NCBI GenBank assembly: GCA_044360225.1
Contig: JBIKKR010000003.1
Span: forward strand, 1 to 59,658
Direction: 5' to 3'
Length of the DNA: 59,658 nt
DNA from: Bdellovibrionota bacterium
Lineage (GTDB): Bacteria > Bdellovibrionota_C > UBA2361 > OMII01
This document shows, piece after piece, positions 40,294 through 49,681 of the stretch; positions within the stretch are counted from its first letter, which is position 1; the number at the start of each line of letters is the position of its first letter. The notes under the pieces are model-generated. The model had not been told where the DNA came from. It ran no database searches and saw nothing but the letters and a program-made list of their open reading frames with translations. The translations under genes were made by a program, and so were the position numbers.

Positions 40294-40595
40294 GGTGTTC
40301 GCTGTTATTGATCATAAACACGATACACCGATGCTCTGTCGATCTGCAAACGGTCGCCTGGAGCTACCATACGTAGGCGTCCCACGAGATGGGTTTTCGT
40401 GTACAGGGACCGTAAATACGAGTATAGTCGGGGATTAGAGGATGCTGACGGCGCGCATATCACAAGGTGCCAAGGTTAGTAACCTACGAGGGGGGCTGCG
40501 TGGGTGATGCTGCACGATAAACAGTGATGTCACTCAAGAGGGTTCTCGAAAATGATAATGTGTGTAGCAGTACACCGATTCTACGAGGAGATTTT

Positions 40596-40748
40596 ATGGG
40601 ACGGGGAGATAAGAGGACGCGTCGCGGCAAGATATTCAAGGGCTCATACGGAAACACCCGGCCGCAAGGGACCGAGAGCGTAAAGCAGGCAAAGTCGTCA
40701 GGTGCGACTCCCGCCAAGAAGACGACTGCGACTAAAAAGAGTAAGTAG
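40596..40748 (+). CDS. 30S ribosomal protein bTHX (PSRP4 family)
   Basis: MGRGDKRTRRGKIFKGSYGNTRP signature; GAGGAG RBS; Lys-rich tail. Confidence 0.92.
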   Translation: MGRGDKRTRRGKIFKGSYGNTRPQGTESVKQAKSSGATPAKKTTATKKSK

Positions 40749-40779
40749 TTGAGAGGCGGATACGAGGCGGTGATCGCCT

Positions 40780-41367
40780 CTATCTGCTCTTAAGTTGGTC
40801 ACGCACGTAGCGAAAGAGTTTTACCTCCGTGTCTCGGGCAAGGTAGCGATCGTACTGCTTTGCAAAACGAATCGCTTTGGGTGATGAACTCGGCTTGACC
40901 CCAGATGTTTCTCCCTGAGCTGGCAGAGGGCTTTGGTATGCGCGCAGCGCGTCCTCAGTACTGTGTGCCGCTTCAGTCGCGTCGATAGCAAACAAGCTCT
41001 GCACCATCTGTTGCATGACGGCCGGGGGTGTCGTCTCTAGTACGCGATAGAGTCCGTGGGCTCGAGCCCGACAATTGACCTCGTAGGCAGCGATGAAGGT
41101 GTTTTCGGTTGCAGAACGAGTCGGAGCAATCAGTGTTGAGCCAAGTGAATGGGCCTTTTCGAAGCTGCCCCCATAGCTCTCATATATCTTTAAAAGTTGA
41201 GCTTTGCGGTCGAGGTCGGCGGATTTCACACGGTACCCGACCACGGACGCGGTGACACCAGACACTACGAGTAGGAATGCCATAAATAGTAGCGAAGCAC
41301 GGTGATCTCGGATCGGAGAGCGGCTGTTCGCCGTAGGGGTCTGTGAAAATGAGCCGTTGATGTTCAT
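40780..41367 (-). CDS. Membrane-anchored hypothetical protein with DMP19/DUF4375-like C-terminal domain
   Basis: One TM helix (SLLFMAFLLVVSGV), then YEVN....HGL...L, SL.AIDA.EAA and YD.Y.......KLF.YV pattern. Start placed at ATG 41367 to avoid overlapping coaD. Confidence 0.55.
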   Translation of the reverse strand: MNINGSFSQTPTANSRSPIRDHRASLLFMAFLLVVSGVTASVVGYRVKSADLDRKAQLLKIYESYGGSFEKAHSLGSTLIAPTRSATENTFIAAYEVNCRARAHGLYRVLETTPPAVMQQMVQSLFAIDATEAAHSTEDALRAYQSPLPAQGETSGVKPSSSPKAIRFAKQYDRYLARDTEVKLFRYVRDQLKSR

Positions 41368-41543
41368 GAAAAGCTTCTGCTTGGCAACCAGATACTGTGA
41401 GCTTGAGCGGCTTTGCCCGTAGCTCCTCGTTCCTAGACTATCTCGCAACTTATCGGTTGCCGTAAAGGGGCGTTGCAATGTCGTGAGGTTTTCGCCACAA
41501 TTCGCCGATACGTTCCCTGCGAAGGGATGAGCAGTCGAGGGAT

Positions 41544-42071
41544 ATGTCACCAAAACGAGCAAGCAAAAGGCCCACCACAACCCAGGTAGCAGTGATCCCT
41601 GGTTCGTTCGATCCCTTGACCAAGGGGCACGTGGATATTATCGAGCGTGCTTTGGGGATCTTTGATCGAGTGGTTATCGGTGTTCTCAACAATCCGTCTA
41701 AGAGAGCCCTTTTTTCTGAGTCTGAGCGGGTCGCATTGATCGAGCGTCAGTTCGGCCGCTACAAGGGAAGGATCTCGGTGGTGAGCTTCTCGGGGCTCTT
41801 AGTCGAATTTGTCCGTAGCGTAAAGAGTAGGGTGGTAATCAGGGGGCTGAGGGCGATATCAGACTTCGATTATGAGGCTCAAATGTCGATAATTAACCGC
41901 AAGCTAGACCCATCGATTGAGACCTTATTCCTCACTGCCCGCGAAGAACATTCCTATATCAGTTCGACAATAGTGAAGCAGGTGGCGATGCTTGGGGGCG
42001 ATGTCTCCGATATGGTGCCTCCAGTAGTGGCCAGGGCGCTCGCGAACAAGCGACAGAAAGCTGGTCAATAA
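41544..42071 (+). CDS. coaD: Phosphopantetheine adenylyltransferase
   Basis: PGSFDP.T.GH.DII.R, RGLRA.SDFDYE and ISST.VK. Confidence 0.97.
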   Translation: MSPKRASKRPTTTQVAVIPGSFDPLTKGHVDIIERALGIFDRVVIGVLNNPSKRALFSESERVALIERQFGRYKGRISVVSFSGLLVEFVRSVKSRVVIRGLRAISDFDYEAQMSIINRKLDPSIETLFLTAREEHSYISSTIVKQVAMLGGDVSDMVPPVVARALANKRQKAGQ

Positions 42072-42119
42072 GCTGGTTTTGCTGGTTAAAACGACATCTT
42101 GTCGCGGCCTCTGGCTAGC

Positions 42120-42148
42120 TTGAGTTACTACCCCGTCCGGTCTATAAT
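42120..42148 (+). promoter_or_regulatory. Sigma70 promoter of ndk
   Basis: TTGAGT-N17-TATAAT. Confidence 0.6.
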
Positions 42149-42179
42149 CCCCCGACTTTAGTCTAGGAATCGAGTAAAT

Positions 42180-42593
42180 ATGTCAAAGCAAAGAACTTTA
42201 TCAATCATTAAGCCAGACGCTACCTCGCGTAACCTCGTGGGTAAGATCCTCAATCACTTTGAGGAGGCAGGCCTCACTATTGTTGCCGCTAAGATGGCTA
42301 CGCTGACCCCCCAAGAGGCTGGGCAGTTCTATATCATTCACAAGGATCGTCCATTCTACGGAGAGCTTATCGATTACATGTGCTCGGGGCGAGTGCTTGT
42401 GTCAGTGCTCGAAGGTGAGGATGCGGTTAATCTTAACCGCAAGCTCATGGGTGCAACCGATCCGAAGAAGGCTGACGCGGGGACGATTCGCGCTCTGTAC
42501 GCTGAGAGTATCGCAGCGAATGCCGTGCACGGATCTGATAGTGCAGAAAATGCGGCGACAGAGATTGCGTTCTTTTTTCCGGAACTGAAGTAG
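42180..42593 (+). CDS. ndk: Nucleoside diphosphate kinase
   Basis: [20 protein letters not shown] and NAVHGSDS. Confidence 0.98.
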   Translation: MSKQRTLSIIKPDATSRNLVGKILNHFEEAGLTIVAAKMATLTPQEAGQFYIIHKDRPFYGELIDYMCSGRVLVSVLEGEDAVNLNRKLMGATDPKKADAGTIRALYAESIAANAVHGSDSAENAATEIAFFFPELK

Positions 42594-42617
42594 GTTTCCC
42601 GTCTAGGTGGTGCTGTT

Positions 42618-43700
42618 GTGAGTGAAGCGAGCAGGGACTTTTATAATTATAGTTACTCTGAACTCGCGGATCTCTTGCAGACGGAGTTCGGGGCGAGTTC
42701 CTTTCGTGCCACGCAGCTATTTGAGTGGGTCTATCGGAAAGGGATCACCGATTTTGATCTGATGACGAACATCAGTCGTGAGCTCCGTTCCAAGCTCGCG
42801 GGTAGTTTTGTTTTCCCGAAGGCTCAAATTGCCGAGAGGCGGTTGAGCGTCGATGGAACGCGCAAATACCTCTTTGAGGTTGAGGGTGGTGATCTCGTTG
42901 AATCGGTTATGATTAAACAGCCCAATCGCATGACTCTCTGCGTCTCGTCGCAGGTGGGATGCGCCATGGGATGCAAGTTCTGCCGTACCGGCACCATGGG
43001 GCTTAAGCGTAGTCTCTCTACTTCAGAGATCCTGAGGCAGGTGAACGGAGTGATTGAGGACGCCAAGGAATTTGGCGATGGGTTCCAGAATATCGTGTTT
43101 ATGGGGATGGGTGAACCGCTCCACAATTACGATGGTGTCACACGAGCCGTTCGCAATTTGACCGATCGTCGTGGATACGGGATGTCGCCGCGCAAGGTGA
43201 CTGTTTCTACGGTTGGGCTAGTGCCGGCTATTCGTAAGCTCGCTGCAAGTGATGTCGCAGTGAGTTTGGCGGTATCACTCAACGGTACTACCGATGAGGT
43301 GAGGTCGCAGATTATGCCGATCAACCTGCGCTTTCCGATCGCTGAATTGCTCGATGCCGTGAAATCGTTCCCAGTTGGCCCGCGAAAAAAGGTGACTATC
43401 GAGTACGTTATGCTCGGGGGTATTACCGACACTCAAGCTGATATGGAGCGGTTGGCGGTGCTGATGCGCGGCTTGCCGATAAAGGTTAACTTGATTCCGT
43501 ACAACGACAATGCGGGGTTGGGCTTTCAGTCGCCTTCACGAGAGTGGGTCTTTACGTGGCAACGCTACCTTAATTCGAAGGGTCTTCAGGCTTTCATCCG
43601 TTGGTCCAAGGGGGCAGATATTGCGGCTGCGTGTGGCCAGTTGGCGACTGAGTCCAAGAAAGGCTCACGTCTGCCAGTGGTTGAGCAGGTAGCTGCATAG
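42618..43700 (+). CDS. rlmN: 23S rRNA/tRNA m2A methyltransferase (radical SAM)
   Basis: CVSSQVGCAMGCKFC, NIVFMGMGEP, VNLIPYN and DI.AACGQL. Confidence 0.97.
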   Translation: MSEASRDFYNYSYSELADLLQTEFGASSFRATQLFEWVYRKGITDFDLMTNISRELRSKLAGSFVFPKAQIAERRLSVDGTRKYLFEVEGGDLVESVMIKQPNRMTLCVSSQVGCAMGCKFCRTGTMGLKRSLSTSEILRQVNGVIEDAKEFGDGFQNIVFMGMGEPLHNYDGVTRAVRNLTDRRGYGMSPRKVTVSTVGLVPAIRKLAASDVAVSLAVSLNGTTDEVRSQIMPINLRFPIAELLDAVKSFPVGPRKKVTIEYVMLGGITDTQADMERLAVLMRGLPIKVNLIPYNDNAGLGFQSPSREWVFTWQRYLNSKGLQAFIRWSKGADIAAACGQLATESKKGSRLPVVEQVAA

Positions 43701-43732
43701 AGCCCGGTATTGAGACGCGTAGCGAGAGTTTC

Positions 43733-44845
43733 GTGACAACCAAGATTCTGATAATCCCAAAGGGTCATCTCGGTGATATGCTACTGACAGGCCCGGTGTT
43801 TGAGGCGTTCAAGAAGAGTCGTTCCGATTATCATATCACTGTTCTGACCCCGCCGCAGTCGGCTGATTTCGCAAGGCGTGACCCGTGCGTTGATGAGGTC
43901 TTGGTGTTTGATAGACGCAAAGAGTATCCTGGATGGCAGGGGTTGCGTCGCTTTATTGAGGTGCTGAAGTCCAAAGGGTTCGACCGTGCGTATTCATTTC
44001 ATCGGTCGCCACGCACGAGCCTCATCTTGTATTTGGCGCGGATTCCGGCGCGTGTCGGGTACGGGGATGCATTGCTTTCAGTGCTGTCGACCAGACGAAT
44101 CTGGAAGACGCCGCGGTTTCATGAAGTCGTACGCAATCTTGAATTGGTGCACGCTGACTTGAGCGCTGAGCTACAGAGCGAGGTCGATGCGCTTAAAAGG
44201 AGTGGGCCAGCTCCACTCTCGGATCTTTTTTCGCTCCGCGTTCCGCTCGTTTCTGAGGGGGATCTCTCCGAGCCGGTGCGTGAGTATCTGGCACACGTTA
44301 AACCTTTTGTCGTGCTTTCACCCGGGAGTGCTTGGGAAACAAAGCGCTGGTCGCCGAAAGGGTTTCGCGGGGTAGCCGATGAGTTGCTTGCCAGGGGGTA
44401 TCGAGTGTTGATCGTAGGGGCGCCCAGTGATGCTGCGGCGTGTGCGGAAGTCTGCCAAGGAGCCCAGCTTTCAGCTACAGGTATTACCAATATGTGCCGA
44501 GCTACCTCGCTCCTTGAATTGATCTACCTCGTGAGCAAGGCGAAGGCGGTTGTCTGTAACGACAGCCTAGCGCTGCACCTTGCAGCAGCTACTAAGGTAC
44601 CAACAGTTGCGGTATTCTGTGCGACTTCGCCGCTGTTTGGCTTTGGGCCGTGGAAGAATCGGGCGATCGTAGTTGAGAAGACCGACCTGTTCTGTAAGCC
44701 GTGTCGACGGCACGGCTCACGTCGATGTCCAACCGGCACAAACGCGTGTATGGAGGGTGTGTCGAGCAGCATGGTAGTAAAGGCTTTTGATGATCTTCTT
44801 GTCGGTGAGGTGCCTCGCCGAGGAGGAAGTTTGCACGTGGTGTAA
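43733..44845 (+). CDS. GT9 lipopolysaccharide heptosyltransferase (WaaF-like)
   Basis: LGD.LLT.P, PGS.W.TKRW, NDS..LHLA.A and C.PC..HG...CP. Confidence 0.85.
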   Translation: MTTKILIIPKGHLGDMLLTGPVFEAFKKSRSDYHITVLTPPQSADFARRDPCVDEVLVFDRRKEYPGWQGLRRFIEVLKSKGFDRAYSFHRSPRTSLILYLARIPARVGYGDALLSVLSTRRIWKTPRFHEVVRNLELVHADLSAELQSEVDALKRSGPAPLSDLFSLRVPLVSEGDLSEPVREYLAHVKPFVVLSPGSAWETKRWSPKGFRGVADELLARGYRVLIVGAPSDAAACAEVCQGAQLSATGITNMCRATSLLELIYLVSKAKAVVCNDSLALHLAAATKVPTVAVFCATSPLFGFGPWKNRAIVVEKTDLFCKPCRRHGSRRCPTGTNACMEGVSSSMVVKAFDDLLVGEVPRRGGSLHVV

Positions 44846-44863
44846 TTTCTTTTGTATGTAACT

Positions 44864-45598
44864 ATGTCTTTTTCGAGTGTTGCTGAGTCTTCGGTTAAGC
44901 CCTTGAGCGATATTGTGCGAGGTCCATACATACTTTCGAGTCGCGGTGTGCTGACGGATGAGCAAGCAAATATGATCATTCGCGCCCTGCGCGACGGTGC
45001 TGGCGCGGGCGAGCGCTCAACGCTGGGAGGCCGAAGTCGATCGACTGTCATGGATATCACCGGCCTGGGGCGCGTGTTCGTTAAACATTACTCACACGGT
45101 GGTGTGTTGCGGGCCGTGACGGGTGGGCGATTCCTCGCCATGGGCGTGCCACGTTCTCGGGTTGAGTTCGAGATGCTGGAGCAGGTTAGGGAGCTCGGAG
45201 TGCATGCGCCCCAACCGTATGCCTTCGTCAGGAAGGGCTCTCTCGTGTACGGCACCTGGCTCGTTATGGAGGAATTATCTGGTGCCAGAAATCTGGTTGA
45301 CGTGCAGAGAGAGGACTCTGACGAACTCCATCGCGTCATGACGGCGTTGGGCGAGCAGATGGTAATACTCATTCGTAATAGGATATTCCATATAGACCTT
45401 CATCCAGGAAATGTGCTCGTAACGCCTCCAGGGCTCGTGTATATCGTTGATTTTGATAAGGCGCATATCTTCAACGGGTCAGCATCAGCATTACGCGACC
45501 TGTACCTGAGGAGGTGGCGTAGAGCAGTGATTAAGCATGGGCTATCGCCGGTTCTTTCGGAGATGATGTCATTAATGTTGCGGAGCTACAGTGAATAA
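44864..45598 (+). CDS. Lipopolysaccharide kinase (KdkA/WaaP family)
   Basis: GGR, VKHY.HGG..R, HIDLHPGNVL and IVDFDK; located between heptosyltransferases. Confidence 0.82.
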   Translation: MSFSSVAESSVKPLSDIVRGPYILSSRGVLTDEQANMIIRALRDGAGAGERSTLGGRSRSTVMDITGLGRVFVKHYSHGGVLRAVTGGRFLAMGVPRSRVEFEMLEQVRELGVHAPQPYAFVRKGSLVYGTWLVMEELSGARNLVDVQREDSDELHRVMTALGEQMVILIRNRIFHIDLHPGNVLVTPPGLVYIVDFDKAHIFNGSASALRDLYLRRWRRAVIKHGLSPVLSEMMSLMLRSYSE

Positions 45599-46595
45599 GA
45601 GTCCTCGACGGTACCTTTTTATTCTGATGGGTGCACTTGGCGATGTCGTTCGCGGTATGTATCTGGTTAATTCGCTCAAGTCAGCTGAACCTGATGCGCA
45701 TATTACATGGTTAGTAGAGCCAGCGTGCTCGGGGATACTTACGCTACATCCGGCCATCGATGAGATCCTCGTATTTAATAGGCCCAAGGGGTTACGCGGG
45801 GTTCTAGGGATTCGTCAGGAGCTTGCAAAGCGGTCGTTTGATGTGACTCTTGATTTACAGAGACACGCCAAGAGCGGTTTGTTTTCGTGGTTTTCTGGTT
45901 CTCCGCGACGTATAGGGTTTCATCGTAACGATGCAAAAGAGGGAAACTGGATCTTTAATAACGAGTACGTGCTGCCGCAGGGTGAAGCGATCTCTAAGAT
46001 CGAACACTACCACACGTTTCTTACCCCGTTAGGGTTGCCACAACCGCAGCAACTGTCGTCGGGACTTGAAGGGATTACTCTGGAAGGTGTGACAGCTCCG
46101 TGGGCTGAGAAGCTGCGAGCTGAGCCGTATGTTGGGTTTATTCTCGGATCATCGTGGGATTCTAAGGACTGGCCAGTCGAGGGCTACGAGGGGTTGCTTT
46201 CGAGTATGCCGGGTGGCACCGTAGTTTTTCTCGCTGATAAATCGAAGGTAGCCATGGCTGAGCGGCTCGAAAGGGTTACCACCAAGGCAAAGGTGCTGAA
46301 TCTTGCAGGTAAGACTAACTTGACGGAGCTCGTAGCCTTGGTGCACGGTGCGCGAGTGCTCGTTGGGCCGGACTCCGGACCCGGCCATATTGCGGGGGCT
46401 GTCGGCACACCACACATTACCCTCTTTGGCCCAACACCGTGGGTTCGCAATGCACCGCGGGGAAGCGAGGCGCTGACACTAACAGCTAATGTCGGGTGCT
46501 CTCCGTGCAAGCGGCGAGTTTGCCCAGGTTTAGGCAAGGTGTGCATGAAGCTGCTACGGCCCGAAATGGTGCTTGAGAAGATGCAGAAGGTATAG
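45591..46595 (+). CDS. GT9 lipopolysaccharide heptosyltransferase (WaaC-like)
   Basis: ALGDVV, ITWLVE, DLQ...KS, DSGP.HIA.A.G.P...LFGPT and CSPC..R.C. Confidence 0.85.
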   Translation: MNKSPRRYLFILMGALGDVVRGMYLVNSLKSAEPDAHITWLVEPACSGILTLHPAIDEILVFNRPKGLRGVLGIRQELAKRSFDVTLDLQRHAKSGLFSWFSGSPRRIGFHRNDAKEGNWIFNNEYVLPQGEAISKIEHYHTFLTPLGLPQPQQLSSGLEGITLEGVTAPWAEKLRAEPYVGFILGSSWDSKDWPVEGYEGLLSSMPGGTVVFLADKSKVAMAERLERVTTKAKVLNLAGKTNLTELVALVHGARVLVGPDSGPGHIAGAVGTPHITLFGPTPWVRNAPRGSEALTLTANVGCSPCKRRVCPGLGKVCMKLLRPEMVLEKMQKV

Positions 46596-46600
46596 AAGCC

Positions 46601-46752
46601 CGGGGCATCGCAATTCTTCCGCTATCTACTCGAAACAGCTGGGAGTATCGATCAGGATACAAATGCGCGGGTCAGCGCTGCAAAACTCAGTAAAAACACC
46701 TATTCCCGCGCATTTGTGGCCCTTTAGAGTGGACGAGAATTGCGATATCCTG
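46601..46752 (+). mobile_element. 152-bp MITE-like element, array copy 1
   Basis: TIRs cggggcatcgcaattctt / gagaattgcgatatcctg; homologous to 8212-8363. Confidence 0.88.
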
Positions 46753-46760
46753 GTAGTACC

Positions 46761-46912
46761 CGGGGCATCGCAATTCTTCCGCTATCTACTCGAAACAGCT
46801 GGGAGTATCGATCAGGATACAAATGCGCGGGCCAGCGCTGCAAAACTCCGTAAAAACAGCTATTCCCGCGCATTTGTGGCCCTTTAAAGTGGATGAGAAT
46901 TGCGATGTCCTG
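46761..46912 (+). mobile_element. 152-bp MITE-like element, array copy 2
   Basis: Near-identical direct repeat of copy 1 with a few substitutions, separated from it by 8 bp (gtagtacc). Confidence 0.88.
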
Positions 46913-46921
46913 TGGGTTGGA

Positions 46922-47004
46922 CAGGGCATCTTAATTCGCCCGTTATCGACCCGCAAATGCCAGCATTTTTGCCCCACGTAAGCAGAGAGAATTGCGACGC
47001 CCTG
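46922..47004 (+). mobile_element. 83-bp short variant of the same MITE family
   Basis: Ends cagggcatcttaattc / gagaattgcgacgccctg; internal aaatgc-ca-gcattt hairpin. Confidence 0.75.
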
Positions 47005-47056
47005 GTAGCAGCCGCTGGTAGTGGCGCCAGATGGGCGCTCTTGGTATATATCCCAT

Positions 47057-48070
47057 ATGAAACTAGCAACAAAACACGAGCTCCTGGAGACGCTCGATAA
47101 GATGACGGGGGTTCCGATACTCGTGGTCGGAGATATCCTGCTCGATCGCTACACGTGGGGGAAGGTAGAGCGGATATCGCCTGAAGCACCGGTACCCGTA
47201 GTTCAGGTGGTGCGCATGGAGGACCGCTTAGGCGGAGCGGGAAATGTTGTCCGCAACCTCGTCAATATAGGCGCAAAGGTATCGGTCGCAGGTCTCATAG
47301 GTGATGATGCGGACGGGCGTGTGGTTATCGACCTTTTTACTCAGGCAGGGGCGGATGCTTCTGGGGTAGTTGTGGACCCATCTCGTCCTACGATTCTCAA
47401 GAGCCGGGTTATCGCAGCCTCCCAACAGGTGGTGCGTGTCGATCGTGAAGTTCTTGATCCGGCACGGTCGGATGTATCTAAGAAGCTCACGCAGATCGTT
47501 CAAGAGCGAATCGAGGGTGCTCGGGCGGTGATTCTCTCTGACTATGGTAAGAGTGCCGTCACGGTGGATGTGTTACAGGCGCTGACGGCTGCCTACGACC
47601 AGGGTACGCTCGGTCTCAAGTCTCGTCCGCTGTTTGTGGATCCGCATCCGCGAAATTACGATCGCTATCGTGGGATGAGCGTTGCTAAGCCCAATCGAAA
47701 AGAGGCGGAAGCGGCGTCAGGGCGGAGCATAAAAGGGATCGAGGATGCCTTCGATGCCGCCGGGATATTAATCAAGAAGTGGGGCGCTGACATAATGGTG
47801 ATTACGCTCGGAGAGGGCGGTATGGTAGTTCGCCGTGCTGATAGCTCCGACGGATTGCACCTGGAGACGATGGCGCGAGAGGTGTTCGATGTGAGCGGTG
47901 CTGGCGATACGGTGACCGCGGTCTTTACCGCGGCGCTAGCGGTAGGCGCTGGTCCGGTACATGCTGGTATTCTGGCTAATATAGCAGCTGGTATCGTTGT
48001 TTCCGAAGTTGGAACTGCGGCTATCAAGCTCGATAAATTACGTGAACAAGTAGAAAAGTGGGAGGTATAA
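47057..48070 (+). CDS. hldA: D-glycero-beta-D-manno-heptose-7-phosphate kinase (stand-alone RfaE domain I)
   Basis: VGD.LLD.Y.WG.V.RISPEAPVPV, GGAGNV, LSDYGK, PNRKE and VFDVSGAGDTV. Confidence 0.93.
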   Translation: MKLATKHELLETLDKMTGVPILVVGDILLDRYTWGKVERISPEAPVPVVQVVRMEDRLGGAGNVVRNLVNIGAKVSVAGLIGDDADGRVVIDLFTQAGADASGVVVDPSRPTILKSRVIAASQQVVRVDREVLDPARSDVSKKLTQIVQERIEGARAVILSDYGKSAVTVDVLQALTAAYDQGTLGLKSRPLFVDPHPRNYDRYRGMSVAKPNRKEAEAASGRSIKGIEDAFDAAGILIKKWGADIMVITLGEGGMVVRRADSSDGLHLETMAREVFDVSGAGDTVTAVFTAALAVGAGPVHAGILANIAAGIVVSEVGTAAIKLDKLREQVEKWEV

Positions 48071-48076
48071 CGACCG

Positions 48077-49009
48077 ATGGGGCAGAGCGTTGAGCGATGC
48101 GCGGTTAAAAGCATGACCGGCTTTGCTCGGGTCTCGAGCGCGTGCGCGGACGTTGACCTTGAGGTGGAGATCCGCTCGGTCAACCACCGATTCTTTGAAA
48201 TCGCTGTTCGGGGGGTCCGCAGCATCGCTCAGTTAGAGCGGGAGGTCCGGGCGTCTTTGCAGGGAGAGCACCGTCGTGGCCGCTTCGAAGTGTTGGTCTC
48301 GCGCCGTGTGCGGGTAATACCCCCCGGAGCGCTGTCAGCGCAACCTATGCGGAGCTCACAATCCGAAAAGTTTGACGCGGCGGTGGCCTCATATGCTGCA
48401 GCCTGCAAGCGCTATGGACTCGGTGCTGAGGGGCTTTCACACTTTATGAGCGAGCTTGTATTGCGTGACGTTGCTTCGCCCGGAGAGGTAGGTGAACTGT
48501 CACAGGAGGAATCGGCGGCGATTCGAGATCTCGTTACTCGTTGCAGTCGGTTGCTCCGGCAGGATCGTGAAGCTGAAGGTGTCGCGCTTGTCGCTGACAT
48601 CGAGCTCCGAGTAGCTGCAATAGTATCGATGCGAGAGTCGATTTCAACGCGTGTAGCTGGCAATACTACCCGTTTTCGTGAACGCATCTCCGAGCGCCTT
48701 GCCGGATTGGAACCTGAAGTGCGCGTTGATCCGGAGCGGTTGGCGCTTGAGGTTGCGTTATTGGCGGACCGAGTTGATGTGAGTGAGGAGCTTTCGCGTC
48801 TCGCCATCCATCTTGCACAGTTTACGCAGCTTCTGCGGCAGGGGTCTGCGGAGGGGATTGGGAGAAAGTTGGACTTCACCGTTCAGGAGATAGGTCGCGA
48901 ACTCAATACTATCGGTTCGAAAGCTCAGGATGCGCAGGTACAGGGAATCGTGGTAGAAGCCAAGGCAGAGTTGGAGCGAATCCGAGAACAAGTTCAGAAT
49001 ATCGAATAG
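48077..49009 (+). CDS. yicC: YicC/YloC family endoribonuclease
   Basis: KSMTGF, EIRSVNHRF, EEL.RL..H, GRKLDF..QE..RE.NTIGSK and REQVQNIE. Confidence 0.95.
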   Translation: MGQSVERCAVKSMTGFARVSSACADVDLEVEIRSVNHRFFEIAVRGVRSIAQLEREVRASLQGEHRRGRFEVLVSRRVRVIPPGALSAQPMRSSQSEKFDAAVASYAAACKRYGLGAEGLSHFMSELVLRDVASPGEVGELSQEESAAIRDLVTRCSRLLRQDREAEGVALVADIELRVAAIVSMRESISTRVAGNTTRFRERISERLAGLEPEVRVDPERLALEVALLADRVDVSEELSRLAIHLAQFTQLLRQGSAEGIGRKLDFTVQEIGRELNTIGSKAQDAQVQGIVVEAKAELERIREQVQNIE

Positions 49010-49015
49010 GTTGGA

Positions 49016-49681
49016 ATGAGTTCAGTTCACAAAAGTTTGGTTAGAAAAGGTATTTTGTTTGTCCTTATGGGCCCAACTGGTTCAGGGAAGAGCACTTTTT
49101 GTGAACGACTTGTTGCTGATTTTCCGGAAGGCTTGCGCTATTCAACATCGGCTACCTCTCGTCCGCCGAGGGCTAACGAGGCCACCGGAAAGAGTTACCA
49201 TTTTATGACTCGAGAGGAGTTCCTCGCGCGCCGTGAGCGCGGCGAATTCTTTGAATGGGAGGAGATTCACGGCAATCTCTACGGAACGCTGCAGGAGAGC
49301 CTTGTTCAAGGTATTGAGAGTGGAAAGGATCTCCTGTTCCAGATTGATGTGCGTGGAGCGCTCAATTTCAAGCGACAGTTTCCAGATAATACGGTGACGG
49401 TTTTTCTTGTGCCGCCATCCTTTACAGAGCTTCGCAGACGCCTCGAGGCGCGGGGAACGGTTGATACTGCTGAGCTGCAGCGACGATTTGCCACGGCGAA
49501 GAGCGAATACGAAGCGTTGTTGAAGTTGCACGGACAGGGTCCGATGATCGACTATCTCGTAGTTAATAGGGAGCTTGAATCGACATATGAGCAGGTACGG
49601 GCGATTGTATTGGCCGAGAGGTCTCGCTACCAACGAATCGATAAGGATTCGGTAACTCAATTTTGTGAGGTGACACCATGA
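49016..49681 (+). CDS. gmk: Guanylate kinase
   Basis: GPTGSGKST, TSR.PR..E..G..YHF, EW...HGN.YGT and PPS..EL.RRL..RG. Confidence 0.96.
   Translation: MSSVHKSLVRKGILFVLMGPTGSGKSTFCERLVADFPEGLRYSTSATSRPPRANEATGKSYHFMTREEFLARRERGEFFEWEEIHGNLYGTLQESLVQGIESGKDLLFQIDVRGALNFKRQFPDNTVTVFLVPPSFTELRRRLEARGTVDTAELQRRFATAKSEYEALLKLHGQGPMIDYLVVNRELESTYEQVRAIVLAERSRYQRIDKDSVTQFCEVTP

Noticed and set aside
40764-40780. Hairpin gaggcg-gtgat-cgcctc as an intrinsic terminator
   Set aside because: The stem is short and there is no U-tract on either strand.
46601-47004. CRISPR array interpretation of the tandem repeats
   Set aside because: Units are 152 bp with near-identical interiors and only 8-9 bp between them; there are no unique 30-40 bp spacers and no cas genes.
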